A DNA stretch of 63,925 nt, filler included, from Octopus bimaculoides (taxonomy: Eukaryota), in NCBI RefSeq assembly GCF_001194135.2. It is 6 parts of 6 records of this genome, joined end to end, with 100 filler letters (N's around TTAATTAATTAA, not from the genome) between each part and the next. Parts side by side here need not be neighbours in the genome. Positions count along the whole stretch, not along the records: positions 31,452 to 55,187 come from NC_068992.1; 5 more parts are not named here. One strand, 5' to 3'. This document shows positions 35,973 through 47,480 of the stretch, in pieces. The position numbers and the translations under genes are program-made. Under the pieces are notes generated by a model that was not told where the DNA came from, made no database searches, and saw nothing but the letters and a program-made list of their open reading frames with translations. Positions within the stretch are counted from its first letter, which is position 1, and each line of letters opens with the position of its first letter.

Positions 35973-36685
35973 NNNNNNNNNNNNNNNNNNNNNNNNNNNN
36001 NNNNNNNNNNNNNNNNNNNNNNNNNNNNNNNNNNNNNNNNNNNNNNNNNNNNNNNNNNNNNNNNNNNNNNNNNNNNNNNNNNNNNNNNNNNNNNNNNNNN
36101 NNNNNNNNNNNNNNNNNNNNNNNNNNNNNNNNNNNNNNNNNNNNNNNNNNNNNNNNNNNNNNNNNNNNNNNNNNNNNNNNNNNNNNNNNNNNNNNNNNNN
36201 NNNNNNNNNNNNNNNNNNNNNNNNNNNNNNNNNNNNNNNNNNNNNNNNNNNNNNNNNNNNNNNNNNNNNNNNNNNNNNNNNNNNNNNNNNNNNNNNNNNN
36301 NNNNNNNNNNNNNNNNNNNNNNNNNNNNNNNNNNNNNNNNNNNNNNNNNNNNNNNNNNNNNNNNNNNNNNNNNNNNNNNNNNNNNNNNNNNNNNNNNNNN
36401 NNNNNNNNNNNNNNNNNNNNNNNNNNNNNNNNNNNNNNNNNNNNNNNNNNNNNNNNNNNNNNNNNNNNNNNNNNNNNNNNNNNNNNNNNNNNNNNNNNNN
36501 NNNNNNNNNNNNNNNNNNNNNNNNNNNNNNNNNNNNNNNNNNNNNNNNNNNNNNNNNNNNNNNNNNNNNNNNNNNNNNNNNNNNNNNNNNNNNNNNNNNN
36601 NNNNNNNNNNNNNNNNNNNNNNNNNNNNNNNNNNNNNNNNNNNNNNNNNNNNNNNNNNNNNNNNNNNNNNNNNNNNNNNNNNNNN

Positions 36686-36728
<43 letters not shown>

Positions 36729-37038
36729 ACTAAATATATGTATATCCGTGTGTGCTAGTTTGTGTGGATAGGTTTCCTTATAGAGCAAGCTTGACATCAA
36801 CTACCAGGAACTGTCGAAGACATTTCCTCCTTGTTTAGAGGCTATTTCGTCTCTATTAAACATTTAATTAATATAAGAGAAAATTCTTCACCTTTGAAGG
36901 ATCAATTAAACTAATAATCAAAAGAACCAGAAAGTCAAATCTATTCTCTTGAACTTACTGAACTTGATCAATATTGCAATAATTTCATAGGTTTCTTTTT
37001 TCCAGAGATCAAAAACCTCCCCTCTCGAATATTTCAGT

Positions 37039-37113
<75 letters not shown>

Positions 37114-37624
37114 CATTGTCTATGTATCTATCTATCTATCTATCTGATTGTCTAAGTATGTAAGTATTTATGTATGAAGTACGTATGTATGTATGTATGT
37201 ATGCATGTACGTACGTATGTATGTATTTATGTATGTGTTTGCGTTTGCATGTGTGTTTATGTATGTATCTGTCTGTCTATCTATCTTCACGTATATACAC
37301 ATATATATATAAATAGCTGGTAATGTTAATGAATTTCTAAATGGTAATTTGTAGAAGCTGGTGCTTTCTGTCGAAGCAAGTGACAAGCTTATAGTTACTT
37401 TACAAATTCATGTGTAGGTGGAAAGTAAAAAATGCGCCACGCTTTTCAAAAACTCAACTCATAACTGTTATTGCTTTTAAATTCTAGTGATGGAACTTTA
37501 CGTCTCCGATAGAAATTAGTTTCTTCTTTAGAGAAAAATTGAAGTAATTAAAGATAACATAGACCACATAGAGTGACAAAACTATCGCAATCGTTAACAA
37601 TAAACGTAAACTCACTAATTATTT

Positions 37625-37790
37625 TCTATTATGGGCACAAAATCTGAAATTTTGAAGGACGAGACCAGGCGTTTACATCAACTCCAGTGCTCAACACTGG
37701 TACTTATTATATTGATTCTAAAATGATGGAACGTAAAGTTGACCACGTCAGAATTAGAACTCAGACCGTAAAAACGGACGAAATACTGCT
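37625..37790 (-). mobile_element. SINE family B, diverged
   Basis: CTGGTACTTATTATATTGA...AAAGTTGACC...GAATTAGAACTCAGA...GACGAAATACTGCTA. Confidence 0.7.
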
Positions 37791-38328
37791 AGATAATCCC
37801 TTATTACTCTTGCTGTCAGATATTCAGCGAACCACTGATTGACCAGTTAGAAACCTGTAACGATGCTATTGTTCATCAACTGGTATATAGTATAAACTAA
37901 ACAATTATTGATTTTGTCTCTTCATTGCCGACACTGTCTTAATTTTAATTTGCGATCAATTAAGGAAAACAAATAAATTTTCATTTTACCTCGTCAAGTT
38001 TTCAATCTAATTGACGACATTCCATTCCATATATACACAAGATTTATCAACTTTACCGATGAGGCGAGGTGACCTTTTTTCTGGAGCGACAATTAATAAA
38101 GACATTCAATTAAAACTCCCTGACTTATATTCACCTTCAAGGTGCAGGTGAAGATAATTTAGAAGTAGTTTGATTGGCAGGTAGGCAATACGAATATAAA
38201 TGCTGGGATATGATGTCATAACTAGGTTGTTGATGTTCTAGATCAGTAGCTCTGAACCATTTTATGCTCATGGACTCCTTTCGTTTCTATTGTACTCTAC
38301 TGGATTCTGTCATCCATTCGATGTTTAG

Positions 38329-38580
38329 TCCTTTAGCATTCAGATTACTTTTTCTTTATTCGGCACTTACGGCCATACATTCAGATTACTCTGCCAAATA
38401 TAATGCTTATCTATTCACATTGTTTTGAACTAACCATACATTACCTCAAGCTTTGAGATTTCAATTGTATATTTTTAGCATTACATTGTAGGGTAGGTGT
38501 GAGAGGCTGGATCTGGCTGATATGAACATATAACATGCAGAATAATTTGGCCGGATATCACCAGTTTAAATGCTAAAGGG
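38329..38580. mobile_element. piggyBac-type MITE
   Basis: TTAG|TCCTTTAGCATT ... AATGCTAAAGGG|TTAA: inverted termini with a TTAA target (left side degenerate). Confidence 0.7.
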
Positions 38581-38619
38581 TTAAAAAGAACCCTATTATA
38601 AAAATTATAGGATAAACGG

Positions 38620-39126
38620 TAAAGACCCTTCGCAAGTTATATAGACTCATAGTGTCGGTTTCAGGTTTCCATGGCGCACATATTCCCCCGCCCCGGACGA
38701 GATGCCGGTTCATTGCAGGAAATACTCATTTTTACCTGTTGAGTGGACTGGAGCAACGTGAAAAGAAGTGTTTTGCTCAAGAACACAACGATTATGTGAA
38801 CATTGTTCGAAAATAATTATTCGGAAACAACTATTCGAAAAACATTTTTTCGAATGGAAAATTGTATGAATAAAAATTATTCAAAAGGACAATTGTACAA
38901 ATTTTTTTATTTTATTTAAACAAAAATGATAAAATTAAAGATCAAGTACACAAATGGTATTTATTTCGAATAACTGTTTTTCGAATAATTGTTTTCGAAT
39001 AATTGTTTTCGAACAATTGTTTCGAACAATTTTCATGATATGGAACACAACATGTTGCCCGATCCAGGAATCGAAACCACAATCTTACGATCATGAGTCC
39101 AACACCGTACTCACTAAGCTACGTGT
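38620..39126 (-). mobile_element. CORE-like SINE (29731 family) split by a MITE
   Basis: GAGTGGACTGGAGCAACGTGAAAAGAAGTGTTTTGCTCAAGAACACAAC resumes after the insert as ATGTTGCCCGATCCAGGAATCGAAACC. Confidence 0.85.
38790..39042. mobile_element. MULE/foldback-like MITE, 253 bp, 9-bp TSD
   Basis: GAACACAAC is duplicated at 38781-38789 and 39043-39051. Imperfect ~70-bp inverted ends built of TTCGAAAACAATTA-like subrepeats. Confidence 0.75.
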
Positions 39127-39487
39127 AAAAAAAATTGTTAAAATACTTAGTGTATTGTAGAATTTATTAATCATAATTTATTCTCATAAATTATAATAAA
39201 TTCTCATAAATTATAATAACAAAACCTTACATGGTCTCACCAAGGATTATATAGACCACCAATGGACCCCAGCCGAGAACCACTGTTGCAGATGGTTAGA
39301 CTTGGTCGAGTTAATCTGTAATCAAAGATATCTCAGTCGTGACCATCCCGGAACCATGTGGCTGGCAATCTGTTTTTGTCTTGGTATATTGAGTGATTTA
39401 TTCTTATAACCCTTTCGTTTTTCAAAGCAATTCCGTTCTCAATATTTGCTGCTCTCGCTCCAATTGTTATTAGTACTGTTTATGTTA

Positions 39488-40230
39488 AGGCAGCGAGCTG
39501 GCAAAAATGGTAGCTGGACGAAATACTTAGCAGTATTTCGCCCATCGCTTCGTTCTGAGTTCAAATTCCGCCGAGGTCGACTTTGCTTTTCATCCTTTCG
39601 GGGTGTCGATAAATTAAGTACCAGTTGCGTACTGGAGTCGCTGCAATCGACTGGCCCCTCTCCCCAAATTTCAGGCCTTGTACCTATAATGCATTCTTCT
39701 TCTTCTTGTACAAGCATAAGTACCGGTTGAACACTGGGGTCGATGTAATCGACTCATCTTTCAGCTCACCCAAGCTGCCCTTGTGACAAAAATTTGAGCT
39801 AATTATTTTTATTAAGACGGCGAGCTGGCAGAATCGTTAGCACGCCGGGCGAAATGCTTAAGGGTTTTTTGTCCGTCTTCACGTTCCCAGTTCAAATTCT
39901 GCGGTGGTCGACTTTGTCTTCCATCGTATCGGGGTCGATAAATTAAGTACCAGTAAAACACTAGGGTAACTGACTTGTACATCCCCCCAAAATATCAGGC
40001 TTTGTGGCTACAGCAGAAAGTGTTATTATTATTATTATTGAGGCGGCGAGCTGGCAGAATCGTTAGCACGCCGGGCGACATGCTTAACGGTATTTCAACC
40101 GTCGTTGCGATCCGAGTTCAAATTCCGCCGAAGTTGACTTTGTCAAGTACCAGTGAAACACTGGGATTGATGTAATCGACTATCCCCTTCCCCAAAATTT
40201 CAGACCTTGTGCCTATTATAGAAAGGATTA
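39488..40230 (+). mobile_element. Cluster of three family B SINEs plus one 3' fragment, same orientation
   Basis: Heads GGC(A/G)GCGAGCTGGCA at about 39488, 39815 and 40040; 3' fragment at about 39715-39800. Confidence 0.9.
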
Positions 40231-40303
40231 TTATTATTATTATTATCATCATCGTCATTATTATTATTATTATTATTATCATCATCATCATCATTACTAT
40301 ATT

Positions 40304-40836
40304 GAGTGAGAGAGCAGCGTATGCCATCAAAGCAACGCTAGGGTCCAAATATACGAAGTCCAATATACTCACCATGACTATCCGGCTGATAAGGATGCAC
40401 CAGGCTGTGTGGCATGGTGATCTCATATCAAGATAAACAGCGCATGACGTTGCAGGTGGCGTCAGTTACAATTTACTACAGGTCGAATAGCATAGCCCAT
40501 CATGCTGAAGATGTCCCTGAATAAGGGTTGTTTAAACACGACGAACGAAACACCCATGCTTCAAGAGATGAATTATTCAAACCCCAAGGAATTCCGCTCA
40601 ACACATGCTTCCCCACTACTTCTGCTCGTGATCAGAGATATACGTATCGTTAACTATGAAGGGACATGTTCAACTGGTTAAGATCAAGCAACTGACATGC
40701 AAATCTGTGGTAATGAGCAGAATATTTGCTGCAGCCCATCTTTTACACCAAGACAAAATATGTAAATGTTAACAGTTCCAATCAGTAACGATCAGAAGCC
40801 ATGCGAGCCACTAACTGATACTGCATTACGGCATTT
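40304..40836. mobile_element. Unclassified ~530-bp non-coding element embedded in a (TTA)n tract
   Basis: Complex sequence with sharp borders, bounded on both sides by TTA/TCA repeats. No convincing ORF. Confidence 0.5.
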
Positions 40837-40895
40837 ATTATTATTATTATCATTATTATTATTATTATTATTTTATGTTTGACTTNNNNNNNNNN

Positions 40896-40958
<63 letters not shown>

Positions 40959-41350
40959 CATAGGTGTTACTCATAATATTGTTACTGTTGTTATTGTTGA
41001 ATAACTTCGATCAGCTCTATCTAGTGTAGTCTTTATGACGTCGAGCTGAACCTGGATTACTCCAAGCAAGTCATGGGTCTTGCATTGAAATTATATCTTG
41101 TTTTGATCTGGAACCATGCTGCACTCCCTTGCATTGATTGGCTGTGTATGAGGAGCAACAATATAGAAATCAAAGAGTTTGTTGCATCAATTTAGCCGAA
41201 GTTGCTCTCGGTACAACTGTTATCGATGTTGAAGATATTATTTGCTTTACTATTTCTCTTTGATATTATTGATTCTGTCTTATTGTTAATGCTATGACTT
41301 GTCTTCATCGCTGCAGATATTCCTATGGTTGCTGTTGAAGGCATAAACAA

Positions 41351-41760
41351 TTCTTTATATTTCGTCTTTTACTTGTTTCAGTCACCGGCCATGTTGGGGC
41401 ACCACCTAGAAGGGTCTAGTCGAACAAATTGACTCTGGTACTTATTTTCAAGTTTGGTACCTATTTTATCGGTCTCATTTGCTGAGCCATTAAGTAACGA
41501 GGGCATAAACAAACCAGTACCGGTTGTCAAGCTGTGGTGAGAGACAAATACAAACGCAGAGAAACACACACAGACACACACACATATATACGATAAGCTT
41601 CATCACAGTTTCCGTCTAATTTGGTAGAATTCAGTCACAAGGCGTTAGTCGGACTGGAGTTACTTTAGAAAACACCTGTCCAAGGTGCCACGCAGGGGGA
41701 ACTGAACTGAAACCACGTGGTTGCACTGCAGGCTTCTTAATCACTCAGCCATGCTGGTAC
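41351..41760 (-). mobile_element. Composite SINE: family A, microsatellite, module D
   Basis: On the minus strand: A body (41760-41590), (TG/TA)n, then D (41560-41351). Same order as 21755-22375. Confidence 0.7.
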
Positions 41761-41922
41761 TTTGTACAGAATTTAATCTCCTCCAATTATAGTTTCTGAA
41801 GAAGTCAAAACCGGAGGAGATATACAGATGTTTGAATCGATCCAACATATTACTAGTATGTCTTTGTCGACCACGGAAAGCTGAATGGCAAAGTGAATCC
41901 TATTAAGATTTGAAATCATAAT

Positions 41923-42100
41923 GTAGGCGCAGGAGTGGCTGTGTGGTAAGTAGCTTGCTTACCAGCCACATGGTTCCGGGTTCAATCCCACTGCATGGCA
42001 CTTTGGGCAAGTGTCTTCCACTGTTGCCTCGGGCCGACCAAAGCCTTGTGAGTGGATTTGGTAGACGGAAACTGAATGAAACCCGTCGTATATATATATA
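41923..42100 (+). mobile_element. tRNA-derived SINE family A, well preserved
   Basis: GTAGGCGCAGGAGTGGCTGTGTGGTAAG...GGGTTCAATCCCACTGCATGGCACTTTGGGCAAGTGTCTT...GACGGAAACTGAATGAAACCCGTCG, then (TA)n. Confidence 0.9.
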
Positions 42101-42540
42101 TATNNNNNNNNNNNNNNNNNNNNNNNNNNNNNNNNNNNNNNNNNNNNNNNNNNNNNNNNNNNNNNNNNNNNNNNNNNNNNNNNNNNNNNNNNNNNNNNNN
42201 NNNNNNNNNNNNNNNNNNNNNNNNNNNNNNNNNNNNNNNNNNNNNNNNNNNNNNNNNNNNNNNNNNNNNNNNNNNNNNNNNNNNNNNNNNNNNNNNNNNN
42301 NNNNNNNNNNNNNNNNNNNNNNNNNNNNNNNNNNNNNNNNNNNNNNNNNNNNNNNNNNNNNNNNNNNNNNNNNNNNNNNNNNNNNNNNNNNNNNNNNNNN
42401 NNNNNNNNNNNNNNNNNNNNNNNNNNNNNNNNNNNNNNNNNNNNNNNNNNNNNNNNNNNNNNNNNNNNNNNNNNNNNNNNNNNNNNNNNNNNNNNNNNNN
42501 NNNNNNNNNNNNNNNNNNNNNNNNNNNNNNNNNNNNNNNN

Positions 42541-42579
<39 letters not shown>

Positions 42580-42609
42580 AATACGTACACCCTACACACT
42601 CTCATACAC

Positions 42610-42785
42610 ACGTTGTGGACTTCCAAACAGTTTCTGCTTCCCAAATCCCGCTAACGAATCCTTGGTTAAATTGAAGCTGTGGTAGAAAAAACTTGCTTAA
42701 GAAGCTACCCAATGAGACAGGGCTAAGAGTGATGTTGTTGCGAAGCAAATTACTTAACGACTCAGTCATGCTTGCACTCCCTTTC
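42610..42785 (-). mobile_element. Highly diverged family A SINE
   Basis: CAGTTTCTGCTTCCCAAATCC...GGTAGAAAAAACTTGCTTAAG...TTACTTAACGACTCAGTCATGC. Confidence 0.5.
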
Positions 42786-43514
42786 CCAATGTACAGTAAT
42801 CAGATTGAAAAACTGTGTGACCATGTCAGAAATCAATATTTTCGCCCCTCAATTAGATTCTAGTTTATCTCTTAAAAGTGAAATACAGTCATATTATTAA
42901 TTCTCTCCCTTGTCAATACATTTGACTGCCATCTTGTAGGGTTAGTAACATTATCAGGTCGAATGTTTCCTTTAGATTATTGTACTTTCCATTAGTCTGA
43001 TTCGCTCCACTGACGATATGTAGTTAATGTAGATCTATTCTATTCCTCACTTGCCCCTCTCTTCGGTTACTGAATTTATCACTCAAATAATGATTACTAA
43101 ACCATTTGACTCGAGGCTGTCTGTTGTTGCAAGTCATTGTTGATCGTCGTGATATCAATCTCTTGGCGCTCTTAACAAAATGCTAAAAAACCGATATAAC
43201 CAGAGATAACAATCGAATAATTATGATACTGAATAGGATATCAATCAAGTTATTTTAAATGGACAACTACCAACGAGGAAGCCTCTATGCAGTCAGTCGA
43301 CAAACTAGAAATAACGGCCAAATTTTCCATATATCAATCATTATAATCTTTTTAACACATCAGATAATGTAGTTGAAGATACACTGTTTTTGAATTATAG
43401 AAAAGAATGGTGAAGTTTGGAATACTTTTGGCTGCAAGTTTTCTCGATTAGTATTGGCCTACGGCTAAACAACAACCACATCAGCAACAACAATTAACAA
43501 TAATGATGATAATG

Positions 43515-43547
<33 letters not shown>

Positions 43548-43550
43548 TTC

Positions 43551-43757
43551 TCTTAGGAACGTCATTGTCTTCTTTCTGAAATGCTTTCTTAAGAACGTCT
43601 CGAAAAGCATTTCACATGTTTTGCTGCTTCGATTTGTTTCCTTTTGCTTCTTAATGATTCTAATATAATTTCTATGTCCACCCCCATACGCATTCAACCA
43701 TGTACACGCGCATACATACATACATACATACATACATACATACATACATACATACAT
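43551..43757. repeat. ~210-bp direct repeat, copy 1 (copy 2 at 46174-46395)
   Basis: TCTTAGGAACGTCATTGTCTTCTT...CAACCATGTACACGCGCATA(CATA)n. Copies differ at only a handful of positions. Confidence 0.9.
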
Positions 43758-43760
43758 AAT

Positions 43761-44450
43761 CATAAAAGTGCATCGCACCTCTGCAGAGCGTGTGGGAAGA
43801 GGGACGAAAGTGTGACTCACATTGTTAGTGCTTGTGAAAGTCTTGCGCAGAAAGAGTACAGGCGTTGACACGACAAAGTAGCCCAAAACCTCCACTGGCT
43901 ACTATGCCGTAAGTATGGATATGAGGTTACGGGTGCTTGGTACCAACATACACCGGAAAAGGTAATGGACGAAAAGCGGAAGGCAAAAATTCTCTAGGAC
44001 TTTGATTTCCAGACAAAATGTTAGAGCACCAAAGGCCGGATATAGTAACTTTTAGGAGGGACAAACAAGAGTGCCTAATAATTGACATGGCAGCGCCAGA
44101 AGATCATCGTATCATCATGAAAGAAAGAGAAAAGGTTGATAAATATGGAAACCTGACAATTGAGATCGTTAAGATGTAGCAGCTACGAGAGTCAAGCATA
44201 AAGGTTATCCCTATTGTCATCGGAGCATTGGGTTCAATACCACCAAATCTGAAAAAAAACATATGGAAAGCTTAGAGATACCCTACAATCTAGATGCATT
44301 GCAAAAGTCGGCATTACTTGGAACTGCACGCATATTGCGTAAAGTACTCTGAGTTCCTTGTCGTGACTTGACAGATAGTGCAAACCTCCGGTAGACACAA
44401 TATCTTCAATCAATAACCTCACGATATATATTATACTGTGCGACATCTAT
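43761..44450 (+). mobile_element. R4/Dong-like non-LTR retrotransposon 3' end (CCHC knuckle, RLE, 3' UTR)
   Basis: CRACGKRDESVTHIVSAC...HDKVAQNLHWLLCRKYG...RPDIV...IIDMAAP...KEREKVDKY..L...IPIVIGALG...LQKSALLGTARILRKVL*. Several stops and frameshifts. Followed by (ACA)n. Confidence 0.9.
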
Positions 44451-44486
<36 letters not shown>

Positions 44487-44500
44487 CATAATAAGAATAA

Positions 44501-44700
44501 GTAGAAGACTGCGTGGTGTTAGCTAGAGTAGATATAGACTCCTATGTAGGTAATAGTGAAGAAAGTTTATTAAGAGCCGCTTGAATCACAGCAAGACATA
44601 GGGAAACCAAAAGCCCAAACGAAGTTAAAAACCAGAAAAAAGAATAGAAATTATCTGACTGGCAGGAGAGGGCGCTGCATGGTAGAATCCCAGAGATGCA
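44501..44700 (+). mobile_element. R4/Dong-like fragment from the region between RT and CCHC
   Basis: VEDCVVLARVDIDSYVGNSEESLLRAA*...KLSDWQERALHG resembles R4-type xEDCV...YVxxSxExLLxA...WxxKxLHG. Confidence 0.7.
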
Positions 44701-44852
44701 GCAAATAGTAGTAGTGAGACATTTAATTGACCGTTCTTTTAAATGCATGAGAATATTTCTGTCATTCAAGCTTTCTTCACTTCCTGCCACTTTTTCCACC
44801 CTCTATTATTAACTTTCTGTCCTTATTCCAAAGTTTCTATCACTGTAACTAA

Positions 44853-44921
<69 letters not shown>

Positions 44922-45039
44922 ATATTTTCCATCTTTTACACTCTTACTTTTTCCATTCATGCCGGATTAGTGAAAGAAAACAAACATAAATGTAAACTAC
45001 AAGAGTAGGTTACAGTTCTATATTTAAGAGATGAGGAAT

Positions 45040-45195
45040 TATGTACATTATTTACATTATTTACATTTGACGGATACTTGTCCTCATCTTGTTTGTTGTT
45101 AACACAGCGTTTTGGCTGATATACCCTCCAGCCTTCATCAGGTGTCTTGGGGAAATTTCGAACCTGGGTCCTCATTCCTAAGGTATTTTTCGATG
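45040..45195 (-). repeat. Short repeat carrying a hammerhead fold (Penelope pLTR-like)
   Basis: Contains the fold at 45101-45146. Bordered by (AAC/AAT)n on one side. Confidence 0.55.
45101..45146 (-). ncRNA. Degenerate type I minimal hammerhead ribozyme
   Basis: GACAC-CTGATGA-A-GGCTG(10-nt loop)CAGCC-AAAAC-GCT-GTGTT. Stems I and II pair. GAAA is read as AAAA and GUH as GCU. Confidence 0.6.
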
Positions 45196-45210
45196 TTGTT
45201 GTTGTTGTTG

Positions 45211-45269
<59 letters not shown>

Positions 45270-45827
45270 NNNNNNNNNNNNNNNNNNNNNNNNNNNNNNN
45301 NNNNNNNNNNNNNNNNNNNNNNNNNNNNNNNNNNNNNNNNNNNNNNNNNNNNNNNNNNNNNNNNNNNNNNNNNNNNNNNNNNNNNNNNNNNNNNNNNNNN
45401 NNNNNNNNNNNNNNNNNNNNNNNNNNNNNNNNNNNNNNNNNNNNNNNNNNNNNNNNNNNNNNNNNNNNNNNNNNNNNNNNNNNNNNNNNNNNNNNNNNNN
45501 NNNNNNNNNNNNNNNNNNNNNNNNNNNNNNNNNNNNNNNNNNNNNNNNNNNNNNNNNNNNNNNNNNNNNNNNNNNNNNNNNNNNNNNNNNNNNNNNNNNN
45601 NNNNNNNNNNNNNNNNNNNNNNNNNNNNNNNNNNNNNNNNNNNNNNNNNNNNNNNNNNNNNNNNNNNNNNNNNNNNNNNNNNNNNNNNNNNNNNNNNNNN
45701 NNNNNNNNNNNNNNNNNNNNNNNNNNNNNNNNNNNNNNNNATATAAATTTATAAATTTACATATATATATATATATGGGCGTATATATATATATATGCCC
45801 ATATATATCTATATACATACATGTGGG

Positions 45828-45859
<32 letters not shown>

Positions 45860-47135
45860 ACTTTTCACACACATATATGTGTCTCTCTATATATTGTATA
45901 TACATTTATACACATGTATACAATCTATATATTGTATGTGTACCTATATTATATATACATGCACACATGTCTTTATAAGTATATTTACACACACATTGGA
46001 AATTATATGACTATATAGTTACGTACATTTGTTACTGTTACATTTGAAAGAAATGCAAATTAGTTTTTACGTGAAAATCTACATAAAAAGCAATTAAAAT
46101 TCAGCATAATGAGAAGTAGGCTTTAATGATCAATTATTATCATAGATTTAATTTGGTTGTTTTTTCTTTATTTTCTTAGGAACGTCATTGTCTTCTTCCT
46201 GAAATGCTTGCTTAAGAACGTCTCGAAAAGCATTTCACATATGTTTTGCTGCTTCGATTTCTTTCCTTTTGCTTCTTAATGATTCTAATATAATTTCTAT
46301 GTCCACCCCTATACACGTTCAACCATGTACACGCGCATACATACATACATACATACATACATACATACATACATACATACATACATACACACATACAAAA
46401 AAAAAATATATATAAGCAATGTTAATTCTCTAAATGAAGTATTAACAGTAACTACACGATAAAGTGTAGTATATTGCCACTTAAGTGTGGCTGACCCCTA
46501 GGGGTGGATGTTACTGTTGCTTTTAGCCCCAGGAGGACATCTCCTCCAGCTGGCTTATCGACACACTACTGTGTCCTGTTTGCCAAGGACAAACAGATTC
46601 TATAAATTGTTAAATATTCTATAAATTCTATAAATAACCACTCCCTACCTACCAAGAACATTTGCCAACTTCAACAAACACTGCTACTGCTGCTGCTGCT
46701 GAATTTTACCCAAACAATCAGTTGAGAAAACATCTCATGCAAATATGTCGTGGTTTACTACTACCATGAAGCCTAATTCAAAATAATAGCGGACGAAAAT
46801 TCCTCTTCGAACAATGTCATACATATATGCCTGAAGAGATCGTCCTAATAATGCATAAATATGCAACAATATGCAATTAGCTCGATCGAAACACGTGTCG
46901 GACAATTATTATGAATAAACTAACTGGAAATAAACACAAAGCTTGAATGTTCAAATTCTTCATTCTCCTTATCCTCAATGTTGTACTTTACACTCTAAGT
47001 AGCTAAGAAATAAACTGTAACATCGGATACGAGGTAAAGGAATATTACCAAAAAAAACGCACCATCTGAAGGAACCAGCCCTGGCATTTTACTCAGAGAA
47101 ATTCGGTATTTGCCTGGATATTATATCCCTCTTCT

Positions 47136-47180
<45 letters not shown>

Positions 47181-47438
47181 CATACAGGTTAGAGGTGTTT
47201 AAAGCCTCTAAGGGATAAATATACCCAAAGGCACTCCTGGTAATTACCTCAGTAGGTATATTCCTTGGTAAAAGGTATACCGCAGCAGGTAATTTAGTGG
47301 GTAAACCGTAGTTTAATTTATATAGACGAGAAGAAAATGGAGGAAAATAAAAAGAAGTGTGTCTTTTGCGCTATGGCTTCTTTTTGTTATTTTCCTCCAT
47401 TCTTTTTATTATTTTCCTCCATTTTCTTCTCCCCCCCC

Positions 47439-47480
<42 letters not shown>

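Larger units (their letters stand above)
38244..39285. mobile_element. hAT (Charlie-like) MITE hosting nested insertions
   Basis: Left end CAGTAGCTCTGAACC, right end GCCGAGAACCACTG. Flanking 8-mers TTCTAGAT and TTGCAGAT match at 6/8; the left one fits the Charlie NTCTAGAN target. Confidence 0.65.

Noticed and set aside
43051-43182. 132-nt minus-strand exon-like segment HFVKSAKRLISRR...NRREGQ
   Set aside because: No recognisable domain and no supporting neighbouring exons.
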